Below are positions 30,530-38,661 of a stretch of 64,000 bases of DNA, one piece after another. The translations under genes and the position numbers were made by a program. A model generated the notes under the pieces. The model saw only the letters and a program-made list of their open reading frames with translations, was not told where the DNA came from and did not search any database. This DNA comes from an uncultured Candidatus Saccharibacteria bacterium. GTDB taxonomy: Bacteria > Patescibacteriota > Minisyncoccia > Phycocordibacterales > UBA918. Position 1 is the first letter of the stretch, and each line of letters starts with the position of its first letter. Where the stretch lies: assembly GCA_964353135.1 (NCBI GenBank), contig CAYGTV010000002.1, forward strand, positions 169,122-233,121. Direction: 5' to 3'.

Positions 30530-30806
30530 TAAAGGTGTGGTACTTTAATGAAGTGGTGGTGCGGGAGGGTGTCGCAGATGCAGTGCTCAGCTTATTATGC
30601 TGTTGCCACGTCTGCGGCACCGACTACCAAAAGTTATTTGAATGCTCCTCCTGTCCCCAGAAAGGAGCGCCGATGGGTGGGTCACCAGTGACCGCCCCAA
30701 CTCTAAAGCGTTTACTACTAGACCTGCCAGTCGATTATGTAGTTAGCGCTTTTTCTTTTCTATATTGCAAATATATCTATATGTAGTACAGTACCCGGGC
30801 TACATT

Positions 30807-31220
30807 ATGGCAACAATTCAACAATTAACCCGTAAGAAGCGAACCGACAAAGCGCGAAAAAGTAAGCGAGCAGCTTTGGAGTCTGGATTTAACAAAATCA
30901 AGAACCAACCAAACAGCTACTTCTCACCTTTCAAGCGTGGTGTCTGTACTCGTGTAACTACCAAAACCCCACGTAAGCCGAACTCAGCGATTCGAAAGAT
31001 TGCCCGAGTCCGACTTTCAAACGGTCAGGAAATTACTGCGTACATCCCAGGAATGGGGCACACTCTACAGGAACACAGTGTTGTTCTAGTACGTGGAGGG
31101 CGTGTGAAAGACATCGGGGTCAACTACACAGTTGTACGTGGAAAGTACGATGCAACTGGAGTAGATGCCCGACGTATGGGACGCTCAAAATACGGCGCGA
31201 AACGGCCAAAAGCCGCTTAG
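30807..31220 (+). CDS. rpsL: 30S ribosomal protein S12
   Basis: [34 protein letters not shown]; TTGCAA-16-TACAGT upstream. Confidence 0.98.
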   Translation: MATIQQLTRKKRTDKARKSKRAALESGFNKIKNQPNSYFSPFKRGVCTRVTTKTPRKPNSAIRKIARVRLSNGQEITAYIPGMGHTLQEHSVVLVRGGRVKDIGVNYTVVRGKYDATGVDARRMGRSKYGAKRPKAA

Positions 31221-31377
31221 CCAGCCCGGAGGACTGGGTCCTCCACATTACAAATAGTTTATATTCGCTACAGATCTTATGACGCGATACAAGGGATATA
31301 GTCCTTTCGGTATCAACTTATGCGAAGAATGATAATTGTTTTTCATAAACAACTCATTCGCACTAATTAACAACATT

Positions 31378-31851
31378 ATGCGACGACCAATCAAAAAACG
31401 TCCGACAGTATCTCCGGATGTTGTCTACGGATCAGTCGATGTGGAACGCCTCATCAACTACATCATGCTCGACGGTAAAAAAGAAACCGCGCGCAAGATC
31501 GTATACAGTGCGTTCGAGGTCATCAAAGCTGACAAAGATACGTCAGACGACCCACTCGAAACATTCAACGCAGCATTGCGAAACGCCGGACCACTAATGG
31601 AAGTTCGTTCACGCCGAGTCGGTGGAGCAAACTACCAGGTCCCACGTGAAGTACGACCAGAGCGCCGTCAGGCCCTAGCGTACCGATGGATCATCACTGC
31701 AGCGCGAAAGCAAAAAGGAACTCCAATGCACAAGTCACTAGCTAAAGAGCTACTACTGGCAGCCAAAGAAGAAGGAGATGCAGTGAAGAAGAAGGAGGAT
31801 ACGCACAAGATGGCGGAGGCCAACCGAGCGTTTGCCCACTTCGCCTGGTAG
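31378..31851 (+). CDS. rpsG: 30S ribosomal protein S7
   Basis: [26 protein letters not shown]. Confidence 0.98.
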   Translation: MRRPIKKRPTVSPDVVYGSVDVERLINYIMLDGKKETARKIVYSAFEVIKADKDTSDDPLETFNAALRNAGPLMEVRSRRVGGANYQVPREVRPERRQALAYRWIITAARKQKGTPMHKSLAKELLLAAKEEGDAVKKKEDTHKMAEANRAFAHFAW

Positions 31852-31974
31852 AAGAAAACAAATTTTGGACGAACTACTTTGTTGCGTTCACGAAAAAGAC
31901 CCTCGCTGGCCACCTGGCCCGTTCGGGTCTTTTTCGTTCCGCGCCTCGTATTTCATTCCAAAATTTGATTTCTT
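31852..31974. repeat. Long imperfect hairpin after rpsG
   Basis: Outer caaattttgga/tccaaaatttg and inner acgaaaaagaccc/gggtctttttcgt arms. Confidence 0.75.
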
Positions 31975-31999
31975 TTAGTTAGCAAAGTATATTTTTTAC

Positions 32000-32515
32000 A
32001 TGGATCAAAACTATAATGGTGTGAAAATTGACGGTGTTTTATGGCTTCAAGAAGGACTTGATTGGGTGCCGTTGTGCTCGCGACATCATATGAGAATGCA
32101 AATGATGCATAATGACCAAAATTTCTCGTACTTGAAATGTGAAGAGTGTAAAGACTTCTATGAATTACCACGTGAGTTCAATGCTCAAAAAGAGTATATT
32201 TCAAATAAACTTGAAGCAAAAAAACTGAAAAAACTGAAATATATAAATATTGATGGTGAGCATATAGCTGTAGTTTCAGATAAAGTTAAAACAGCTGATG
32301 AAAAATACTTTGTTAAAGCCATCGTTACAGAATCAAAGACCGGCCCGGGAGTAGTCATTTATGCAGGAGAAACAGGCGGTCAAAAAATGCAGGCTTTTAT
32401 TGATCCAAATACAAAGAAATTATCTTTCGACCCAAGTGATAAGCATCCGGCCAAAGTCTTTGTTAAAATAGAAGCTGAATTTGATGACGGCCAGAAACAT
32501 TCAATAAAAAAATAA
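32000..32515 (+). CDS. Hypothetical protein with possible Zn-binding motif
   Basis: CSRHH...CEEC; noticeably AT-rich. Confidence 0.6.
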   Translation: MDQNYNGVKIDGVLWLQEGLDWVPLCSRHHMRMQMMHNDQNFSYLKCEECKDFYELPREFNAQKEYISNKLEAKKLKKLKYINIDGEHIAVVSDKVKTADEKYFVKAIVTESKTGPGVVIYAGETGGQKMQAFIDPNTKKLSFDPSDKHPAKVFVKIEAEFDDGQKHSIKK

Positions 32516-32517
32516 AT

Positions 32518-32811
32518 ATGAAAATGCGACTGCATCCAGAGCCATTTAAGCGGATCAAATCAGGTGAGAAAAATATTGAGTGTCGGTTGAATGATGAAAA
32601 GCGGCGGCAGTTGTCGGTTGGAGATGCGGTCGTATTTGAAAACCGTGGTGATGGCGAGACTCTGGAGCGAACGGTGGTAGCGCTGCACACCTTCCCAGAC
32701 TTTGAATCAATGTTTGAAAAATTCCCCGGAGAAAGAATTAACGATGTTTATCAGTACTACACCCCAGAGGAAGAAAAAGAATGCGGAGTTATCGCTATTG
32801 AATTAAAATAA
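32518..32811 (+). CDS. ASCH domain protein
   Basis: FKRIKSGEKNIECRLNDEKR...GD. Confidence 0.88.
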   Translation: MKMRLHPEPFKRIKSGEKNIECRLNDEKRRQLSVGDAVVFENRGDGETLERTVVALHTFPDFESMFEKFPGERINDVYQYYTPEEEKECGVIAIELK

Positions 32812-32816
32812 CCATC

Positions 32817-33941
32817 ATGCAAACACCACGATATGAATACTCGCGGACAGTGATCGCAGCGCGGATTACGGAACTGACTAATTTAGAACTGCCGTATGGG
32901 CTGGCGGTTCGCTATGCGATGAAGGCTAATCCGTTTCCGGAGATTTTGCAGATGATGCATGAGGGTGGGGTGCATTTCGATGCTAGTTCTAGTTACGAGG
33001 CTTCGCAGCTATTGCAGTTGGGTGTGCCAGGTTCACACATCTCGCTCTCGTCACAACAGTCACCCCACAATCTGCCGATGTTGTTAGCGGAGGGTGTGCA
33101 TTTTACTGCTACGTCAATGCGTCAGTTGGAACTGTTTTTAAATACACCAGATCGGCCAAACACAGTTGGGGTACGGATTAATCCTGACCTTGGGAGTGGG
33201 GCAAATAATCGCACCAATACTGGTGGTGTAAATGCTAGTTTTGGAATCTGGCACGAGTATATTCCCGACATTTTGAGTATGACGGCTGACGCCAGAGTAG
33301 TTGTCGATCACTTACACATCCACATTGGTTCAGGCGCTGACCCCAGCATCTGGGGTGAAGTGATGGAACGTTCACTCGATATGGCTCGTTTACTTGCCGA
33401 CGTCACCACACTCGACATCGGCGGTGGGTACAAAGTTGCGCGTTTCGGCGAAGAGCAGGAAGCTGACATGTTGGCTATAGCAGCCGTGTTTAAAGAAAAG
33501 CTAACAGTGTTTGCTGCGGAAACTGGAAGGGAACTGAAACTAGAAATTGAACCAGGCACGTATTTCATTGCTCACGCCGGAACTCTAGTTGCTGCTGTTG
33601 ATGATATTGTCGACACTGGGAAAAACGGCAACACATTCCTGCGACTTAATACTGGGATGAATGACTTTTTGCGTACTACGCTCTATGGCGCGCAACACAA
33701 GATAGAAGTCATAAATGAGCGTGAAAAGGAGGAGCAGTATATAGTGGTTGGTCATAACTGCGAGTCAGGTGACATTTTTACAACCAAGAAAGGTGACCCA
33801 GAAGTTATCGAACCTAGAGAATTAAAAACAGCAGCAATCGGTGACGAAGTCCGCATTTACGACACCGGTGCTTATTGTGCCAGTATGCGGGCGAAGGGAT
33901 ACAATGCGTTCCCAGATGCAGTTGAGATAATGGTTGATTGA
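32817..33941 (+). CDS. lysA: Diaminopimelate decarboxylase (group IV PLP decarboxylase)
   Basis: YAMKAN, FDASS, RINP, HIHIGS, DIGGG, IEPG, CESGD, TGAY. Confidence 0.85.
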   Translation: MQTPRYEYSRTVIAARITELTNLELPYGLAVRYAMKANPFPEILQMMHEGGVHFDASSSYEASQLLQLGVPGSHISLSSQQSPHNLPMLLAEGVHFTATSMRQLELFLNTPDRPNTVGVRINPDLGSGANNRTNTGGVNASFGIWHEYIPDILSMTADARVVVDHLHIHIGSGADPSIWGEVMERSLDMARLLADVTTLDIGGGYKVARFGEEQEADMLAIAAVFKEKLTVFAAETGRELKLEIEPGTYFIAHAGTLVAAVDDIVDTGKNGNTFLRLNTGMNDFLRTTLYGAQHKIEVINEREKEEQYIVVGHNCESGDIFTTKKGDPEVIEPRELKTAAIGDEVRIYDTGAYCASMRAKGYNAFPDAVEIMVD

Positions 33942-33965
33942 AAAACTAAAAACGGTATAGTGATT

Positions 33966-34195
33966 CTGCGAAAGGCTGGGGTGCTCATGTAGTGTTCTAG
34001 TGAAAGTTGTATGATACTCACTTTCGTAGTCGGTCATCTTGGCTGATAGGCTGGTCGGCGCGAATCGCGACCACGCTGCCATCGGGGTCTGGACTATACT
34101 CAGGCTCTATTGTTCAAAAAAGCCCTGCGGGGTGCACTGTGAACGTTGACCGCACCGGCGCAGGTTGTCTCCCACGACAACCTGCGCCTTTTCTT
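33966..34195 (+). ncRNA. Candidate structured ncRNA, copy 1 (family not recognised)
   Basis: TTGATT-16-TATAGT upstream, 5' hairpin ctgcgaaag/ctttcgtag, multi-stem domain closed by cggtca/tgaccg, terminator with U-tract; second copy at 35283. Confidence 0.6.
34017..34187 (+). repeat. 171-nt direct repeat, copy 1
   Basis: Matches 35336-35506 with 3 substitutions and 2 single-base indels. Confidence 0.97.
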
Positions 34196-34258
34196 TTTTC
34201 ATATAAACAGTCTAAAACAAAACCCGCCCGCGAGATGTATCTCGCGGGCGTGGTGTTT

Positions 34259-34654
34259 TTATGCGGGTAGTTCCTCTTTTCTGGTTTTGCTTTTCAGGGC
34301 GCAGTACAGACATGCATCCATGGCGTGTTCCATATACCAGTCGGGCATTTTCTTTTCGGTTTCTTCAATGATCAGATCTGCGGATTTGTTCCATTGCCCA
34401 GTCATCTCTGTTTCATCAGCGAGGACGATTTGCAGTTTAGTGCAAATACAATTGTCATGACCACGAGTGATTGTAAAGTGGATCACTTTGGGTTTGAATT
34501 CCGCTAGTTTTCCTCTAAGAGAAGTTCCGACTGGGGTTAATACTTTTTCGACTAGCAAGCTGATTGCTAGCAGACATTTTGCTTCAGAAAAGATTTTCTT
34601 CTCGCTAGTAGTGTTGCTGATTTTTGAGAGATCAAAAGTGATATCAGGCGGCAT
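34259..34654 (-). CDS. Hypothetical protein between the repeats
   Basis: GGAG SD; own terminator hairpin at 34219-34260. Confidence 0.6.
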   Translation of the reverse strand: MPPDITFDLSKISNTTSEKKIFSEAKCLLAISLLVEKVLTPVGTSLRGKLAEFKPKVIHFTITRGHDNCICTKLQIVLADETEMTGQWNKSADLIIEETEKKMPDWYMEHAMDACLYCALKSKTRKEELPA

Positions 34655-34761
34655 TAGGCTTTCTCCGTAAGGTTCATCTTCGACTGGCTACAACCTACAC
34701 CTATAGAATCAATTTGTAAACAAGACCCACCCGCCAGATTGCTCTGGCGGGCGGTTGTTTT

Positions 34762-35208
34762 TCAGTGTCTGGAATATTGTGGTGGATTGAAGATAAACCA
34801 GACAAGGGCCACAACATTTGCCACCAACCACAACGGAAGTGCAATTGGCCAGACCAAACAAGCGGCCATTTTGCTCCATATCCACCACTTTGGTGGCATG
34901 AACAAATGCTCGTAGTCCTGATACCTTCGTTCTTTCAGAATCTGCTTGAATGATTTTTTGAGACCATGCATACCAGTCGTACTGTTGCCCATGTTGGCGT
35001 ATTTCTTGATCCATCCTCGGGCTCGCGTAATTCTAGCAATGTCGCCATGCCAGCCGGGTATAGAGCAGTGCAGATCGGTTCGCAGCATTTTCCAGTACAG
35101 CTTGCTTCCACCACCGCTGTCATAGAAAGCCCAACGGTACGTGAAATGGTACGAAATCAGAAAGGCGATTGGACTGGTCGCAAGCATAATCAAAATCCAG
35201 ATATTCAT
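34762..35208 (-). CDS. Hypothetical two-TM membrane protein between the repeats
   Basis: GGGAG SD; hydrophobic N- and C-terminal segments; hairpin at 34730-34755 downstream. Confidence 0.6.
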   Translation of the reverse strand: MNIWILIMLATSPIAFLISYHFTYRWAFYDSGGGSKLYWKMLRTDLHCSIPGWHGDIARITRARGWIKKYANMGNSTTGMHGLKKSFKQILKERRYQDYEHLFMPPKWWIWSKMAACLVWPIALPLWLVANVVALVWFIFNPPQYSRH

Positions 35209-35282
35209 CAGTATTCTCCCAAAGTTCTATTTGAGTCAAACTTATCCTGATTCCATTATTTTGTAAATAGTTTATAGTAATT

Positions 35283-35509
35283 CTACGAAAGGTTGATGTG
35301 TCAGAGTTGCGCCTCACTTCAAGATAGCGGAAACGCTCACTTTCGTAGTCGGTCATCTTGGCATGATAGGCTGGTCGGCGTGAATCGCGACCACGCTGCC
35401 ATCAGGGTCTGGACTATACTCAGGCTCTATTGTTCAAAAAAGACCTGCGGGGTGCACTGTGAACGTTGACCGCACCGGCGCAGGTTGTCTCCCACGACAC
35501 CTGCGCTTT
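35283..35509 (+). ncRNA. Candidate structured ncRNA, copy 2
   Basis: TATAGT at the same spacing as copy 1, ctacgaaag/ctttcgtag stem, same core and terminator. Confidence 0.6.
35336..35506 (+). repeat. 171-nt direct repeat, copy 2
   Basis: Matches 34017-34187. Confidence 0.97.
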
Positions 35510-35527
35510 CTGCTATATTTATAAAAT

Positions 35528-35962
35528 ATGAAACTGTATCACGCATCAAAGCATCGGTTCGATGTGATCAAACGAAGTCAGGCACAGCATCCGGCAGCTG
35601 ATGAGTTTGGTGTGCCAGCCGGTGAGCTACGAAACAAAATCTATTTCTCACCTAACTTTGGGTTTGCACTCGCGATGGCAGCTGGACCAAATGGCATGAC
35701 TAGCTTGAGCGACGGTCAGATTAGTTTTGAGCGACAAGATGAGTTTGATCCAGAGCGTCAGGTATATATCTACGAAATTGATTCAGAGCTGATTCCAGAG
35801 GAGTTGCTTGAACAAGTTGATGACGAACAGGTTGCTATTGATGCAGACGAAATCAAGCCAGAGGTTGTTCATGAAATGAAAGCAGAACAAGTGTTTGAAT
35901 ACTATGAGTTAACAGAATGGAAGCATCCTGATGAAAGAAAGAAAGAGATGAAGTTTATATAA
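35528..35962 (+). CDS. Hypothetical protein, possibly ADP-ribosyltransferase-like fold
   Basis: MKLYHAS...IYFS....ALA...VYIYEI pattern; weak. Confidence 0.5.
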   Translation: MKLYHASKHRFDVIKRSQAQHPAADEFGVPAGELRNKIYFSPNFGFALAMAAGPNGMTSLSDGQISFERQDEFDPERQVYIYEIDSELIPEELLEQVDDEQVAIDADEIKPEVVHEMKAEQVFEYYELTEWKHPDERKKEMKFI

Positions 35963-36088
35963 AACAAAACTAACTCCGGAGGGCCGGCCTCCGGAAAATG
36001 GATAATTGTGCCCCTTTCCACAATTGCATCGTACTGGGTACGGGTGTATAAAATGAATGGGAGGTCTTTCTAGTTTTGGAGTAGACTA

Positions 36089-36781
36089 ATGACGCATTTG
36101 ATTTCACGACGTCGGTTTGTTGCTACTGGTGCAGCATCACTCTGTAGCCCCACTGTGTTACGTGGTGGTGTAACAAAGATTGAGCTTAACCTGATGCTTG
36201 ATTGCTCAGGTAGTATGTTCAAAACTGCTATCCCGGGTATCAGTAGTTCGATACCCTCGGATAAATACCAAGTGCAGCGAGATGGACATGCGGAAGGCCT
36301 ACTGTCTGTAGAAGTCCGCGAGTTTCTGCAATGGCACAAGGTCCACGTTCGGGTGTATGGCTGGTCCAATATTCCGGTACTGCACTGTGAACGAGTGGTG
36401 GAAAGTTTCGCCGATGTTGACTGGCTGGCAGTGCAGGTAGCAGGAATGGATCTATACGATCGTTTGTCTGCCGGCGCAACGCTACATGATCAAGCTGTCG
36501 ATCCGTTTACGCTTCCTCCGCCTTTGGGAATCAGACGGGTTATCGACATCTCGACCGACGAGCCACCTTGGTCGGAACGGATAGATCTGTGCCTGAGTTC
36601 TCGTGATTTGATCTACGGTGCACGCGGAACGGTCAATGTCTTGGCAATTAATCCTACCCCTGAAATGCATCGATCGTTACTCGACTCACTCGTGACACCT
36701 GACGGTTTCATAGAGGAAGCAAAGGGTCTTGGTGACTATCACCGAGCGATCAAAGCCAAGCTTATTGGTGAGTTGCTATAA
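36089..36781 (+). CDS. DUF1194/vWA-like protein with twin-arginine-like N-terminus
   Basis: LNLMLDCSGS, YQVQRDG, RRVIDISTD, TVNVLAI, AIKAKLIGEL; N-terminal SRRRFV. Confidence 0.7.
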   Translation: MTHLISRRRFVATGAASLCSPTVLRGGVTKIELNLMLDCSGSMFKTAIPGISSSIPSDKYQVQRDGHAEGLLSVEVREFLQWHKVHVRVYGWSNIPVLHCERVVESFADVDWLAVQVAGMDLYDRLSAGATLHDQAVDPFTLPPPLGIRRVIDISTDEPPWSERIDLCLSSRDLIYGARGTVNVLAINPTPEMHRSLLDSLVTPDGFIEEAKGLGDYHRAIKAKLIGELL

Positions 36782-36896
36782 AAAGCCGAGCGTCCGGATA
36801 GTAATCTAATCCGGGCGTTTCTGACTAGAGCCCTTATATAACAAAACCCGCCAGCGATGTGTCTCGCAGGCGGGGCTTTCTTTTTGAGCAGGAGTT

Positions 36897-37058
36897 TTAT
36901 TCGCCGGCACATTGTGGGTACTTTGTGACTAGTTCCGCATAGTGCATCCGCCTCACTTCATCGCCTCGGGCTTTCCTGTCTTCAGGATCTAACCCTTGTT
37001 CATCTAGCCACTCGAGAATATTTTCGCGAAGTGTTTGGGTTTCAGGGGTGTCAGTCAT
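36897..37058 (-). CDS. Small hypothetical protein (53 aa)
   Basis: TAGGAG SD before MTDTPETQ; immediately follows 37069..37425. Confidence 0.55.
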   Translation of the reverse strand: MTDTPETQTLRENILEWLDEQGLDPEDRKARGDEVRRMHYAELVTKYPQCAGE

Positions 37059-37068
37059 GTTCGTACTC

Positions 37069-37425
37069 CTAAACTTGGGTTGAAACCAGAAACATAAACC
37101 AGATTTCATCTGATAAAGGGTCAGGCGTTATTTCATAAAGAACGAAACTTTGAAAGTCTTGCAGACTAACTATCCATACCCGACCACCTTCTGGTCGTTT
37201 GCTTTTAAGAAACCTGCAATCACGTGGGAGCCTGTCTAGATTGAAGCCATCTTCAGGATTGTAGGCCGATTGCATTGCCGTGGTGACTGATATTTTGCGT
37301 TCGCAAACAAGCATGCCTGGTATTAGAACTTGGATTGGGTCACCAAAGACTTGTTTATCTTGCGCCTGAGCCGGAATACCAAGTAGTAGCAATCCGACAA
37401 GTAGTGCGTGGAATATGTGCTGCAT
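37069..37425 (-). CDS. Secreted hypothetical protein
   Basis: AAAGGAG SD, signal peptide ending AQA-Q, two Cys. Confidence 0.65.
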   Translation of the reverse strand: MQHIFHALLVGLLLLGIPAQAQDKQVFGDPIQVLIPGMLVCERKISVTTAMQSAYNPEDGFNLDRLPRDCRFLKSKRPEGGRVWIVSLQDFQSFVLYEITPDPLSDEIWFMFLVSTQV

Positions 37426-37519
37426 CGGTTGCTCCTTTCAGCGATCTGTTCCACTAAAAATATGCCTTTTGGAACACAAAATTGCAAGTCATGGTCCGCT
37501 AATTTGTTACACTACAAAC

Positions 37520-38077
37520 ATGCAATACGAACAAATGAAACTTGGTGAAGTCTTACGATTTTGGTTTGAAGAACTAACACCAGAGCAGTGGTTTGCTGGT
37601 GGGGAAGAACTAGATGCAAAAATCAAAGAACGATTTTCTGACATTCATACTCAGGTGGCAGCTGGTGAGTTTTGGGAGTATCGGACCGACGCCCACGCGT
37701 ACCTGGCAGAAGTGATTGCGCTGGATCAGTTTTCACGCCAGATGTTTCGGGGGAGTGCAGAGGCGTTTGCCTACGATGGTATGGCACTAACACTTGCACA
37801 GCATGCAATTGCAGCTGGCTTTGACCAGCAATTGGACCAGTCTGAACGACAATTCTTATATATGCCGTTTATGCACTCGGAGTCAAAACAGATTCACGCT
37901 GCAGCAGTGCCATTGTTTGAGTCACTTGGCGAGCCTGAAGTCATCAAGTACGAGCACATCCACAAAGACATCATTGATCAGTTTGGTCGGTACCCGCATC
38001 GTAACCAAATGCTCGGGCGAGAATCGACTGCAGAAGAAACAGACTACCTAGCCAACAATCAAGAAAGCTTCTTTTAA
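37520..38077 (+). CDS. DUF924 family protein
   Basis: VLRFWFEE...WF, LDQFSR.MFR, FLYMPFMHSE, FGRYPHRN..LGREST. Confidence 0.9.
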   Translation: MQYEQMKLGEVLRFWFEELTPEQWFAGGEELDAKIKERFSDIHTQVAAGEFWEYRTDAHAYLAEVIALDQFSRQMFRGSAEAFAYDGMALTLAQHAIAAGFDQQLDQSERQFLYMPFMHSESKQIHAAAVPLFESLGEPEVIKYEHIHKDIIDQFGRYPHRNQMLGRESTAEETDYLANNQESFF

Positions 38078-38109
38078 ACCATATTCTTAAAATTTGCTAC
38101 ACTACATAC

Positions 38110-38655
38110 ATGAAACACTTTAACTATATTTTCCTTGGAGTAATGATGGTTGTTGTATTGGGTGCGATGTATCTCTGGCTGGCAGAAACAGCCGAAGCTC
38201 CAATGCTAGAGGAGGGAGTGATGTGTACCGCTGATGCAATGGAGTGTCCTGATGGTTCGTTTGTGGGACGACAAGGTCCAAACTGTGAGTTTGCAGAGTG
38301 TCCGGCTCCGGCAGAAACAGCCGAGACAAACCAAATGATCCAGGTCGCTTCACCGCAACCAGGCGACACAGTTAGTAGTCCGCTACAACTAACGGGACAA
38401 GCTACCGGACTTTGGTTTTTTGAAGCATCTGCCCCAGTTGTGGTCGAAGACACAAATGGCAATGTGTTAGGGCAAAGCTATGTTACAGCCCAAGGTGACT
38501 GGATGACAACGAATTTTGTATCGTTCAGCGGCAACATTTCGTTCAACGTCCCAGCGGGGGTAACTAACGGATTTATAATTTTCAAAAAAGATAACCCGTC
38601 TGGCGAACCACAATTTGATGATGAGTTGGCGGTGCCAGTACAATTTGCTCCGTAG
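38110..38655 (+). CDS. Membrane-anchored protein with Cys motif and Gmad2-like Ig domain
   Basis: CTADAMECPDGSFVGRQGPNCEFAECP; G.A.G.WFFEA, WMT..FV.F, KDNPSG. Confidence 0.8.
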   Translation: MKHFNYIFLGVMMVVVLGAMYLWLAETAEAPMLEEGVMCTADAMECPDGSFVGRQGPNCEFAECPAPAETAETNQMIQVASPQPGDTVSSPLQLTGQATGLWFFEASAPVVVEDTNGNVLGQSYVTAQGDWMTTNFVSFSGNISFNVPAGVTNGFIIFKKDNPSGEPQFDDELAVPVQFAP

Positions 38656-38661
38656 CAAGGT

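Noticed and set aside
34100-34150. tRNA suggested by GTTCAAA
   Set aside because: No 5-bp T stem, D arm, anticodon arm or acceptor stem can be built around it.
33822-35356. ORFs overlapping the repeats (34007..34270 +, 34146..34460 +, 33822..34082 -, 35120..35356 -; the last two share MTDYESE)
   Set aside because: The shared peptide simply reflects the DNA repeat. Indels between copies break frames, the ORFs overlap better-supported genes, and the promoter, terminator and G-U pattern favour a non-coding plus-strand RNA.
34017-35506. CRISPR array or DGR template/variable repeat pair
   Set aside because: Only two 171-nt copies 1.3 kb apart. Differences include indels, neither copy ends a coding gene, and no cas or reverse transcriptase gene is in the window.
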